DNA from: Akkermansia muciniphila
Lineage (GTDB): Bacteria > Verrucomicrobiota > Verrucomicrobiia > Limisphaerales > UBA11320
NCBI GenBank assembly: GCA_945861575.1
Contig: CAMAVD010000002.1
Coordinates: 6,667 to 70,666, forward strand
DNA length: 64,000 bases
Reading direction: 5' to 3'
A program made the position numbers and the translations under genes. Below the pieces are notes generated by a model. That model was not told the origin of the DNA, made no database searches, and saw nothing but the letters and a program-made list of their open reading frames with translations. Positions 55,117 through 64,000 of this stretch are shown in pieces (the stretch's first letter is position 1; each line of letters starts with the position of its first letter).

Positions 55117-56749
55117 TCAGAACTCCGGATGCGCCTTGGTCACCTTCACTCGATAGAACCGCACGGCGGGGTTCGGTAACGCTGACGCCTCCACCAGGCT
55201 CACCAGAACCATCCCATCGGCTTGGAGCTGCTCAGTCGTCGTCGCGGCCGGGGCCTCCCAAGTCACCAAGTCGGACGAAATCTCAACCGCGTAATGGACC
55301 GCGTGTCCAAGCGGACGGCGGCGATACTCGAGAGTGATGGAGGACGAATTCCCCGCCACCACTCGCCGTATCCAGACCCAAGGTTGGAAGCTTGGTATCC
55401 TGGGATCGGCCCCAGCGGCATACTCAACAAGGTTTGAAACTCCATCGCCGTCCGGATCCGAATCATCCCCGGAGAGGGCCACGTGTGCCAGTTCGTCATT
55501 GCTAAAATGGCGCCGCCGCCACGCTTCGTAGGAAAGCGTCGCCTCAAACAAGTCGTTGGTAGGCCGAGGCCACGATGTATCCGCCGTTGGAATACACGAA
55601 GACGTCGCCTGGGTTATTCTGCAAGGGGAACCCCGCCAGCCAGCGGGCCATATCACGAGGGGTGAGCTTGAGCATATCAGCAATCCCCAGATCCTTGGCA
55701 CATCGGGACGTCCAGGAGACCGGGTTAAAACCGACCCTGCCCTCTGGGTTAGTGGCCGTGGCTGGGTCGAATCCCGCTGTATGGTTCAGAAGGTGTCGGA
55801 GCGTGATGGCGTTCAATCGAGGGTCCACCTTCGCACCCGCGAACGTCGGATATGGGAGATTCATCTTTGGGAACACCTGCTCATCGAGGCTTAGCCTCCC
55901 TTGTTCTGCAAGCTTCAGTGCGACGGTAGCAACAATCGCTTTCGTCATACTGGCGATACGAAAAATTGAATCTGGCTGGGTACGCTCGTTGTTCTCGGGA
56001 TCGGCATATCCATAACACCTGGCGGCGACCAAACGCCCATCCTTCATCACAGCGAGCGACGCTGCTGGCACTTGGTGATCCAGCATCATCGAGGTAATAG
56101 ACTTCTCGAGATTCGTCAGATTGACGAAGCTGACGCCCGTTGCAGGAGGCATCGTCTTGATCGTTATTTTCGCAACGGCACTGGTCAGACTCCCTGCGGG
56201 GTTGATTAGGACGATTCGATAGTCACCCGCGTTCGTGAGTTGGACCTTCGCGATGGTCAATGTTTGGTTGGTTTTGGAGGGAAGATCGGCCCCCTCCCAC
56301 TGCCACCGGTATCTCATTCCTGTCGTAGCGTTGGTGAACCGCACTCCGAGCGAGACAGATTGACCAGCCCAGGAGAATTGGGTCAGGGGCGGATCAAGGA
56401 TCCCGGGCGGATAGACCAAAACAACACGGGCAAGTTGGCTTGTGGTCGCCCCCTCAGAGTTTGTAACGACCACCCCGAATCGATAACCACTGATTTGGAG
56501 ATTGCTCAGGAGAAGCATCGGTTCCTTGGCGCCCGGGATGTTGGTGAAGGTACTGATTGTGGGGAAAGCGCGCCATTGGTATCCGAACGGCGGCGTGCCT
56601 TGAACTGCCACGGATAGAGTCACATCCGCTCCCACGCCATTGGTCTGGCCCTGGGGTTGCTGAGTAATGACCGGTTGCGAGCGAAGGGAGAGTGTCGCCG
56701 CAATCCAAAGGAAGACAAGCAGCAGGTGGATTCGAAAAGGTTTCATCAA
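55117..56749 (-). pseudogene. Ig-like repeats + class C-type serine hydrolase, truncated and frameshifted before its DPDGDG/FYRV C-terminal module
   Basis: Frame 1 (56749->55544): signal, three Ig-like units, ASMTK (SxxK), VYSNGGY (YxN), then a stop with no KTG motif. Frame 2 (from about 55570 to 55117): LSYEAWRRRHFS..DSDPDGDGVSNLVEYAAGADP...SSDLVTWEA...AVRFYRVKV. Confidence 0.6.
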
Positions 56750-56753
56750 CTCG

Positions 56754-57416
56754 TTACATACCTGTTGGCAATGGCTCGTGACAGGAAAAATTCAGGGACC
56801 TACAAGAGGCCCCTCCGTGGGTAGGTTCACTTACCGCGAGGGAACGGAAGCCGAAGGTGCCTGCCCGCAGAATCGCGGTGATTGCGTGGGTTGTCGTATC
56901 CCATAGGCGCACGGTGCCATCGGCGCTCGCTGTGATCAGCGTTCGGCCATCGCGAGTGCGACGTATGCTCTTGACCCTCTGCTGGTGGGCCTCAAACCGT
57001 TCAGACTCGGCGCTTCCATCCAACCGCCATAGCAGCGCGTGACCGTGAATATGCCCGGAAAACAGGCTGAGGCCGTCGAACGAGAAATCGAGTCGACTTA
57101 CATACTCGCCACCCCTCAGCCCGGGAATTTGGAGCGACAGAAGCGCACCCCCATCGGCCGCGTCCCAGATTTTGATCTTGCCGTCAGGTGAGAAAGCAAC
57201 ACCGACCCGGTATGCTATGTCCTGCTCGGCGGAAAACCGGGTGATGAGGTCTCCAGTTTCGACGTCGAACAAGACATGCCCAGCGGCGCCGGCGGCTAGG
57301 AGGCAAGTCGAGTTTAGGGAAAAGGCAAGCGATTGAACCCAGCCGCTGTTGGTCACCGTTCCAGATTCGGTCGGCACCAATCGCGTCTTCGTTCCAATGA
57401 CCCCGGAGCACGGCAC
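56754..57416 (-). pseudogene. WD40-repeat fragment
   Basis: 220 aa, GTG start, no N-terminal domain. One repeat is collapsed (AFSPDGK-IKIWDAADGG lacks the inter-strand segment). ASADGTVRLWD is intact. Confidence 0.4.
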
Positions 57417-57612
57417 CGTGTTCTATCGGCTGGCCATACCTGGCCGGTAGCTGCGGTTTAGCGCGGACTTATCCCCACTGGATATTCCTATCCCTGTTCG
57501 TCTCCCCCCTAGGGTGGCGTGAAGGAAAAGAGGCGGCATGCCACGCGCAGTCCAGAAGGGGACTGGAGACATTTCAGGGTGTTCGGTCGGCGGAGAGTTG
57601 GGTAAATGCGGA

Positions 57613-57776
57613 GGCTGGCTTGCCAATCCGTCGCTCGCATGTCCGATGTCGGACGGGTCCGCCTATGCCGAGGCTTCCGCCTACGCCGAGGCTTCCGCCT
57701 ACGCCGAGGCTACGGCGTGACGAGACGTCGTGACGAGACGGCGTGACAGCCTTCGCTTCCACTGCGTGGCGAGCGC
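57613..57776. repeat. tRNA-linked repeat, copy C (diverged, internally expanded)
   Basis: Same ends as copies A and B (GGCTGGCTTGCCAA... ...CAGCCTTCGCTTCCACTGCGTGGCGAGCG). Inside: 18-bp CCGCCTAYGCCGAGGCTT x3 (57659-57712) and GTGACGAGAC duplicated (57717-57739, part of a 13-bp repeat tract to 57747). Confidence 0.9.
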
Positions 57777-58019
57777 TTAGAAGTGTTTCTTCGCGAAGGC
57801 TCTTCCAGAAGCTGTCTTGAGATACTGTTCGAAGCTGGCAGCTCGCTGGCGATCGCCCATCGCGACCGCAGCTCTCACTCGCCATGGCCTATAGCGCCTC
57901 GTGTGCGCCACATCTCCGGCATTATGTCGCTGGAGGCGTTCCTTCAGATCGTTCGTCAGTCCTACATAATGCCGTCCCGCATGGGCACAGCTCTCCAACA
58001 TGTAAACGTAGTGAAACAT
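57777..58019 (-). CDS. Small GIY-YIG nuclease family protein
   Basis: 80 aa from MFHYVYMLESCAHAGRHYVGLTNDLKERLQRHNAG...FEQYLK (GIY/YIG, Arg and Glu motifs). The track's longer start reads into repeat copy A. Confidence 0.8.
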   Translation of the reverse strand: MFHYVYMLESCAHAGRHYVGLTNDLKERLQRHNAGDVAHTRRYRPWRVRAAVAMGDRQRAASFEQYLKTASGRAFAKKHF

Positions 58020-58038
58020 CCCCCCCTTTTCTCCATCT

Positions 58039-58141
58039 GGCTGGCTTGCCAAGCCGTAGCTCGCGTGTCCGACGTCGGACCGGTCCGCCTTCGCCAAGGC
58101 TTCGTCGTGACAGCCTTCGCTTCCACTGCGTGGCGAGCGAA
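58039..58141. repeat. tRNA-linked repeat, copy A (103 bp)
   Basis: Identical to copy B at 102 of 103 positions. Nested palindromes GGCTTGcCAAGCC, GTCCGACGTCGGAC and CTTCGCT-n14-AGCGAAG. Confidence 0.95.
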
Positions 58142-58166
58142 ATGTAATTCGGGATCATTCTCCTCA

Positions 58167-58269
58167 GGCTGGCTTGCCAAGCCGTAGCTCGCGTGTCCGA
58201 TGTCGGACCGGTCCGCCTTCGCCAAGGCTTCGTCGTGACAGCCTTCGCTTCCACTGCGTGGCGAGCGAA
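58167..58269. repeat. tRNA-linked repeat, copy B (103 bp)
   Basis: Ends 3 nt from the CCA end of tRNA-Arg. One C/T difference from copy A. Confidence 0.95.
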
Positions 58270-58272
58270 GGC

Positions 58273-58349
58273 TGGTGCGCGCGGCGGGAGTTGAACCCAC
58301 AACCTACGGCTTCGGAGGCCGGCACTCTATCCAATTGAGCTACGCGCGC
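58273..58349 (-). tRNA. tRNA-Arg (anticodon CCG), CCA encoded
   Basis: Reverse complement GCGCGCGTAGCTCAATTGGATAGAGTGCCGGCCTCCGAAGCCGTAGGTTGTGGGTTCAACTCCCGCCGCGCGCACCA. 7-bp acceptor, D and T arms, anticodon loop CU-CCG-AA. One C-U mismatch at 27-43. Confidence 0.93.
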
Positions 58350-58466
58350 TCCAAATGGCTGCTCAAGAAAAACCTTTCCGCATTGGAAAAGCCAGACTCT
58401 TTTCGCAGGGATCGCTTGCCCCTTGCTCCCTCCCTTCCCTCTCCTTAGGCTGACGCTCGTCATCTT

Positions 58467-59870
58467 ATGCGAAAAACCAAGATCATCGCCACGTTGGGGC
58501 CTGCCACAGACTCACCAGAAATCCTGGGTCAACTCATGGATGCGGGAATGGATGTGGCACGTCTGAACATGTCTCACGCCCCCCACGATTGGGTGCGACG
58601 GGTGGTGAAGGATCTGCGGGCTGCTGCCGCTGCGCGCCAGCGCCAGTTCTCCATCCTCATGGATACCCAGGGACCCGCTATCCGCACAGGTGACCTCCCC
58701 GCCGCACTCGACCTCAAGCCAGGCCAAAAGTTCACTCTCACGGTGCGTGGAGAAAAGAGCGAGGAACTCCACTCTGTTGACGTTAATTACGAGGAATTCG
58801 TAAACGATATCAATATCGGAGACGTTGTCCTGCTGGACAATGGCGAGATGCACATGAAGGTGCTGGCCAAATTCGCCAACAAGGTTGAATGCGAAGTCCT
58901 CACGCCAGGAAAACTCGGAAGCCGTCGCCATATCAATCTCCCCGGTGTCAAAGTCAGCCTACCTGCCCTCACTTCGAAGGACTTGGCCGATATCCAAGTA
59001 GGACTGGAAGTTGGAGTCGATTTTATCGCTCTGTCCTTCGTGCGCGAGGCCCGCGACATTCAGCAACTCAGGGCAGTGGTGGAGAATGCTAAGCATCGCC
59101 CCTTACTGATCGCCAAGATCGAGGATCAGCAGGCGGTCGAGAATCTCGAATCAATCGTGGCCGTAGCAGACGGCGTCATGGTGGCGCGAGGCGACCTCGG
59201 GATTGAATGTCCCTATGAGGACCTGCCTCTCATCCAACGACGTATCGTCAAGACCTGCCTCCGTGTTGGCAAGCCCGTCATCGTAGCCACGCATATGCTG
59301 GAAAGCATGATCGATAACCCCATGCCGACCCGTGCAGAGATATCCGATATTGCTAACGCTGTCTTCGAACAAGCGGATGCCATCATGCTGTCGGGAGAAA
59401 CAACCGTGGGGAAATACCCGATCAAATGCGTGGAGGTTTTCGACAAGATCACGCGTCGGATTGAACGAAGTGGTGCGCCTACGAACCCCTTACGAACGGA
59501 GCTCACCAGCGCGCGTCAGAAACTGGTAAAGAGTGCTGTTGTCCTGGCAGAAGACCTGAAGGCAGAGGCGATATTGGTGTTTACCGTGCGGGGGAACATG
59601 GCACGTCAGACGGCTTCGTTCCGTCCGTTCCATTCCAGAATTTTCGCCATCTGCGAGGAACCTGGTATTGCACAGTCGATGGCGCTTATCTGGGGTGTAA
59701 ATAGCTTGGTTCTGGCCTTTAATCATCAGCAACCCGAGGAGACCATCGAGCGCGCGCTCAAGATGATGGTGAAGGACGGTCAACTATCGCCTGGCAATCA
59801 GGTGGTGATCATCAGCTCCATCACCGGCGGTGAGCAACTGGTGGATGTGGTGGAGATGAGAACTGTCTAG
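58467..59870 (+). CDS. pyk: Pyruvate kinase
   Basis: MRKTKIIATLGPAT, ARLNMSH, MVARGDLGIE and ATHMLESM motifs. Confidence 0.95.
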   Translation: MRKTKIIATLGPATDSPEILGQLMDAGMDVARLNMSHAPHDWVRRVVKDLRAAAAARQRQFSILMDTQGPAIRTGDLPAALDLKPGQKFTLTVRGEKSEELHSVDVNYEEFVNDINIGDVVLLDNGEMHMKVLAKFANKVECEVLTPGKLGSRRHINLPGVKVSLPALTSKDLADIQVGLEVGVDFIALSFVREARDIQQLRAVVENAKHRPLLIAKIEDQQAVENLESIVAVADGVMVARGDLGIECPYEDLPLIQRRIVKTCLRVGKPVIVATHMLESMIDNPMPTRAEISDIANAVFEQADAIMLSGETTVGKYPIKCVEVFDKITRRIERSGAPTNPLRTELTSARQKLVKSAVVLAEDLKAEAILVFTVRGNMARQTASFRPFHSRIFAICEEPGIAQSMALIWGVNSLVLAFNHQQPEETIERALKMMVKDGQLSPGNQVVIISSITGGEQLVDVVEMRTV

Positions 59871-60111
59871 ACCCTGTCGGACTTATCCCCCACGGACGTG
59901 AGTTCCGCTGTGACGCTCGTTTGTGCTGAACTCTCCCTTAGGAATCGTCGGGACAGGGTCTGGATATTTTCCTGCGGAAAAAGAGCCGACTCCCAGAAAG
60001 CCATGGAACCAAGGAATATCCCTAGTGGGCACCCTGCAAAACGACACTCAAAGTCCGACGGACTGCTGGCCTCGAGCCATCGCCTGCGCAGGAGCCTTGG
60101 CGCATCCATCC

Positions 60112-60148
60112 GCAATAAAAAACCCTGCCGTCCTTTCGGACGGCAGGG
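60112..60148 (-). terminator. Rho-independent terminator of the VPDSG-CTERM gene (also closes pyk)
   Basis: Minus strand CCCTGCCGTCC-gaaa-GGACGGCAGGG followed by TTTTTTATT. Confidence 0.8.
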
Positions 60149-60171
60149 TTGTGAAAGACGATGAAGGCTGA

Positions 60172-61011
60172 TTAGGCCTTACGATTGCGTCGAACGAAGA
60201 AGGCCATGCCGGACATCGCAGCACCCATCAGTGCCAGCGTGGTTCCACCGTCAGCCACACGGCCAACGAGGGAGTCATTGCCGCACTCCTGGGTCAGCTT
60301 GAATAGCGTGCCGCTCTTGAGCTCGCCAGGCGCGAGGAAGTCGAGAGGGATATCGCTGCTGATGTAATGGGGAGCCTTGACAGAGCCGCCGGTCAAGGTT
60401 GTGCCATCTGCGTCGATTCTCCAGTTGGTATCCGCAGTGAGCGTGAGGTTACCGGAAGAAATCTTCTTGGCGCCCTGGCTACCATCCAAATCAAGGATCC
60501 AGGGATTCGAACCTGCCTTGTATTTGGTTTCGAACAAACTCACCGACTTATCGCTCGCGAGGCTGTAGACATCATAGTCACCCGTGACTGTGGTACCTAC
60601 ACGGCCTGTGAAGTGAATGACGTAATCATACTTGAAAACGCCGTTGTCGGTTTTGCCCTTGATGCTGTTGTCCGCACCGGGTTTCCAATTAGCATCGCCG
60701 TTTACATCGATGAAGATGTCGCCGACGCCGTAAGGATTGTTCCCGGTAAGGATGTTGTAACCTCCGTAAACCTTGAGGTTGCTGCCGTTCAGCGTGAAGG
60801 CTTCGAAGTCCCAGCTCTGAGAACCGACTGTCCCGACCTCAGTTTCCTGGTCTTCACCGCCCTGCCCTACACCGCCAGCTGGGTTAAAGCCAACACCTGT
60901 TCCATTACCGCCCTGAAGGTCGTTAATGGTGATGTTGACAGCGCCTGCCTGGGAGACAGCTCCCAGCAGAGCGACCGCCAAGGTCAGCTTTGTGATTGAA
61001 GAGTATTTCAT
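60172..61011 (-). CDS. Secreted protein with VPDSG/PEP-CTERM-type sorting tail
   Basis: Signal peptide. The C-terminus VADGGTTLALMGAAMSGMAFFVRRNRKA has the motif, TM and basic tail of exosortase substrates. The body has no recognised domain. Confidence 0.75.
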   Translation of the reverse strand: MKYSSITKLTLAVALLGAVSQAGAVNITINDLQGGNGTGVGFNPAGGVGQGGEDQETEVGTVGSQSWDFEAFTLNGSNLKVYGGYNILTGNNPYGVGDIFIDVNGDANWKPGADNSIKGKTDNGVFKYDYVIHFTGRVGTTVTGDYDVYSLASDKSVSLFETKYKAGSNPWILDLDGSQGAKKISSGNLTLTADTNWRIDADGTTLTGGSVKAPHYISSDIPLDFLAPGELKSGTLFKLTQECGNDSLVGRVADGGTTLALMGAAMSGMAFFVRRNRKA

Positions 61012-61334
61012 AAGACAAAGGAAATAAGCGACTATCGTGCCAAAACTAGAGAGAACTGCTTTTTACTGATCCTGAACCACTTACAACCCGAGAAGCCTCC
61101 CTTACTAGCCCAGCTTTCCACTCAAGTTCGTAAATCGTAAACTATTCTTACACAGTTGGGCGGGATGCCGTACAGGGCGGGGAGCTCCACAATGGTTCGG
61201 ACGACTTACAGCCTTCGACCGATCCGACGCCTGACAACTCGCATTTTTCGCGTCATTCTGGAGGCCTGGAGTTTGAAGGAAATCAGCAAGCAAAGCCCGA
61301 TGCCGACCCGTGGCTAGCTCCCTAGCGAAAGGAG

Positions 61335-61367
61335 GGGAAGAAAAGGAGAAGCACTCAAAACGAGTGC
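61335..61367 (-). terminator. Candidate terminator after ugd
   Basis: Minus strand GCACTC-gtttt-GAGTGC followed by a TTCTCCTTTTCTTCC pyrimidine tract. Confidence 0.45.
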
Positions 61368-61376
61368 CAAACCGGG

Positions 61377-62666
61377 CTAACGGCCGATGGAACGATAGAC
61401 AAAACCCATCTTCTCCAGCTCTTGCGGATTGAACAGATTGCGCCCGTCAAAGACGATCGGATGGGTCAACTCTCGGCGAGCCCGCTGCAAGTCCAGCTGC
61501 TTGAACTCAGGCCATTCCGTAGCAATGACCAAGGCATCGCACCCGACGGCCACCTCGTTCATGTCAGAGACATAGGTGACCCCTTTGAGGACCGTTTTGG
61601 CCTTTTCCATGGCCTGTGGATCATAAACCCGCAGAGCAGCCCCTTCCGCCAGCAGGCGGCGGCACAGTTCAATAGCGGGCGATTGCCGGATATCGTCGGT
61701 GTTCTGCTTGAAAGCCAAACCTAAAACACCAAGCGTCTTGTCCTTGGCCACCCAGAGAGTTTCGATGATTTTCTTAACGAAACGATCCATTTGATCGCCG
61801 TTAATGCGCTCCACCTCTTTCAGCAATCGAAAATCATAGCCCAACTGCTCGGAGATCTTAATGAAGGCGCTGATGTCCTTCGGAAAACAACTGCCGCCAT
61901 AGCCAAGACCCGCGTCGAGAAACCGTCGACCAATCCGAGCGTCCATCCCCATGCCATTGGCAACTTCAATCACGTTGGCGCCCGAGGCTTCGCAAATGAC
62001 CGAAACGGCGTTGATATAGGAAATCTTGAGTGCGAGAAACGAGTTCGCCGCATGCTTAATCAACTCCGCTGAGTTGATGTCGGTCACGATGAGCGGCGCT
62101 TTGATCGGCGAGTAAATCTCCCGCATGGGCGCTACCGCCCTCTCGTTACGCACACCAATCACGACGCGGTCCGGCTTCAGAAAATCCTCGATCGCGAATC
62201 CTTCCCGCAAAAACTCAGGATTACTAACAACGTCAAACTCGACCTTGGATTTGCAATATCTCTTGATCGTCTCCGCCACCTTGTCGCCCGTCCGCACCGG
62301 CACTGTGCTCTTATCAACCACCACCTTATACTGGGTCATGGCACCAGCAATATCTCGAGCCACTTTCTCGATAAAGCTGAGATCAACCGAGCCATCCGGT
62401 TGTGGGGGCGTGGGAACGGCTATAAAGATAACGTCTCCATGTGACACCCCTTCAGGTGTGGAGGCCGTGAAGCGAAGCCGCCCCGCTTGAACGTTCTTTT
62501 TGACGAGATCCGCTAAGCCGGGCTCGTAAAGTGGCATCCCGCCCGACTGAAGGATCTTAACTTTGGCCGAGTCGTTATCGACACACGTAACGTCGTGACC
62601 GATCTCCGCGAAGCACGCCCCGGTGACCAGACCGACGTAGCCCGTCCCAATGATGCAGATCTTCAT
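61377..62666 (-). CDS. ugd: UDP-glucose 6-dehydrogenase
   Basis: MKICIIGTGYVGLVTGACFA and GGSCFPKD catalytic Cys motif. The GTG at 62681 is an alternative start. Confidence 0.93.
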   Translation of the reverse strand: MKICIIGTGYVGLVTGACFAEIGHDVTCVDNDSAKVKILQSGGMPLYEPGLADLVKKNVQAGRLRFTASTPEGVSHGDVIFIAVPTPPQPDGSVDLSFIEKVARDIAGAMTQYKVVVDKSTVPVRTGDKVAETIKRYCKSKVEFDVVSNPEFLREGFAIEDFLKPDRVVIGVRNERAVAPMREIYSPIKAPLIVTDINSAELIKHAANSFLALKISYINAVSVICEASGANVIEVANGMGMDARIGRRFLDAGLGYGGSCFPKDISAFIKISEQLGYDFRLLKEVERINGDQMDRFVKKIIETLWVAKDKTLGVLGLAFKQNTDDIRQSPAIELCRRLLAEGAALRVYDPQAMEKAKTVLKGVTYVSDMNEVAVGCDALVIATEWPEFKQLDLQRARRELTHPIVFDGRNLFNPQELEKMGFVYRSIGR

Positions 62667-62705
62667 CCGTTCAATTCCCACGTGTCAAACCAGCACTAGG
62701 GCCGC

Positions 62706-63539
62706 TCAGGGCAGCTTCGGAGCATTGGGGACCGTGCCAGGTGCTTTATTCAGCAGATTGGTGGCGACCTTTTGTACCGCATTGGAGCCAGCGGCAACGG
62801 CCCGCTGCACCACTCCCGTAGCGGTCGCAGCGGCATTCATCGCGACCGGAGCCGAGGCACGGGTCGGAGCAGAGTTGCTCTGAAGGTAGGGGTATTTTTG
62901 GAGGAGCTCCATACGCTTGGAGAAGAGCTCCTGCATTCCTGAGCCTGCTTTGCCCGATTCCATGATTTCCTGGTAGAGCTTGTAGGCCAACTCTGGCTTG
63001 TTCTGCGCCACGTAGATGTTCGCCAACGCCAAATTGGCCTCTTCGGCCACCGCATCCGCGGAGTATTGCTTCACAACGGCGTCATACTTTGCCCCCGCTT
63101 CAGCGGTCTTGCCCGCAGCCTCAAGCGAGGCAGCAACCCCAAAGGCCGCCACCCCAGCGAAAGGACTGGAGGGATTCTGGGCTAGAAATTTTTCGAACTG
63201 GGCCTGCGCTTCGGCAAACTTTGAATCGGTGTACAAAGCATTGGCAGCACGGAGGATAGACTGGTTTCCAGCCGGAGTCCCAGCGTGCTCTTGAGCGACT
63301 TTCAGAAATCCGGAAGCCAGCTCCGCCGGCGGGGTGGTTTCCGTGAACTTGCCAAGGGCGACTTTGGAGAGAGCGTGGCCTGCTGCCACCTCCTGGCTCG
63401 CCCGATAACTCAGATAGGCATAGCCCACCAAGCCAAGCGCGACAGCCGCAAGGATTCCGTTAATAATGCGCTGTTGATGATCCAGAATCCAATTCCAGAG
63501 CCTCAACATGCTTTCCGACTGACCAACTTCCGGTTCCAT
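62706..63539 (-). CDS. Membrane-anchored TPR-like protein (YfgM-like architecture)
   Basis: One TM (IINGILAAVALGLVGYAYL), then Ala-rich TPR-like helices. Alternative start at 63509 behind a GGAAAG tract. Confidence 0.6.
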   Translation of the reverse strand: MEPEVGQSESMLRLWNWILDHQQRIINGILAAVALGLVGYAYLSYRASQEVAAGHALSKVALGKFTETTPPAELASGFLKVAQEHAGTPAGNQSILRAANALYTDSKFAEAQAQFEKFLAQNPSSPFAGVAAFGVAASLEAAGKTAEAGAKYDAVVKQYSADAVAEEANLALANIYVAQNKPELAYKLYQEIMESGKAGSGMQELFSKRMELLQKYPYLQSNSAPTRASAPVAMNAAATATGVVQRAVAAGSNAVQKVATNLLNKAPGTVPNAPKLP

Positions 63540-63637
63540 AAGGGGGCAAAATGTCCTGTTCAACACTCGAAAACGCAAGCTTGAAAATCGTATCTTCTGC
63601 AGTCGAAGCTCCTTTTGGGACAAAATGCCCGACAAAA

Positions 63638-64000
63638 ATGCAGATCGAACTTATCAATACCGGCTCCGAACTCCTCCTTGGCCGCGTGCTTAACACCCAT
63701 CAGCAATGGCTGTGCCGAAAGCTGGCGGACCAGGGCTATAAGGTATCCCGCCAGATGACGGTTTCGGACAGCGGTCCAAGCATCAGGGATGCCGTTGCCG
63801 AAAGCCTCCAGCGCTCGGATTTGATCATCACGACGGGCGGGCTTGGCCCCACCAGCGACGATTTGACGCGCAACCATGTCGCTCAACTTCTGGGCCTATC
63901 TCTTCGTGAGGACCCTGCCGCACTCAGTAACATCGAAGCCTTCTTCCAGGCTCGCAAACGAGCTATGCCCCTTTCCACGAGAGTGCAGGCACAAGTTCCA
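63638..64000 (+). CDS. cinA: CinA-family competence/damage-inducible protein, N-terminal MoCF domain (3' end beyond window)
   Basis: MQIELINTGSELLLGRVLNTHQQWL...LIITTGGLGPTSDDLTR is the canonical CinA start. Confidence 0.85.
   Translation, partial: MQIELINTGSELLLGRVLNTHQQWLCRKLADQGYKVSRQMTVSDSGPSIRDAVAESLQRSDLIITTGGLGPTSDDLTRNHVAQLLGLSLREDPAALSNIEAFFQARKRAMPLSTRVQAQVP

Noticed and set aside
57922-58463. ORFs of 99-126 aa with repeated peptides (..ELRLGKPA.., ..EALAKADRSD..)
   Set aside because: They are translations of the 103-bp repeat copies and of the tRNA gene. Their internal repetition simply mirrors the DNA repeat.

Overview
GC-rich chromosomal segment whose gene content points to a PVC-superphylum, Verrucomicrobiota-like bacterium. 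The markers are a DUF1549/DUF1553 + DUF1501 pair, a PVC-type dehydrogenase/heme-domain giant protein, many Tat-signal and PQQ-like/FG-GAP/WD40 propeller proteins, and a VPDSG/PEP-CTERM tail. All family names come from motifs I read in the translations; no database search was possible. Confident calls: a Ser/Thr kinase-WD40 protein (1-3420, minus strand, absent from the ORF track because it runs off the window), RNase P RNA (29955-30363), tRNA-Arg(CCG) (58273-58349), pyruvate kinase, UDP-glucose 6-dehydrogenase, an Old Yellow Enzyme reductase, a CDF transporter, a Cys-type sulfatase, an OmpR-type two-component system, two TonB-dependent receptors with tonB-exbB-exbD, a fused membrane/spermidine-synthase-like TPR protein, and CinA (partial). 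I found no CRISPR array, rRNA, intact transposase or recognisable defence system. Items most worth a second look: (1) a small GIY-YIG nuclease gene nested in three copies of a ~103-bp palindromic repeat abutting tRNA-Arg; (2) a C-terminal module ending in FYR[VA] shared by four unrelated secreted proteins; (3) a secreted EF-hand protein with a (PGG)n tract, divergent from a two-component system, sharing an upstream element with the neighbouring YHYH-sulfatase operon; (4) a translationally coupled trio made of a RidA-like protein and two Tat-exported paralogs; (5) a 1218-aa fusion protein whose cytochrome c motif reads CxxCN; (6) a high density of gene relics, including three in-frame TAG codons, a head-plus-tail ghost gene and a 1-kb stretch made only of fragments. 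None of these is proven to be a new system; each is stated with its test.
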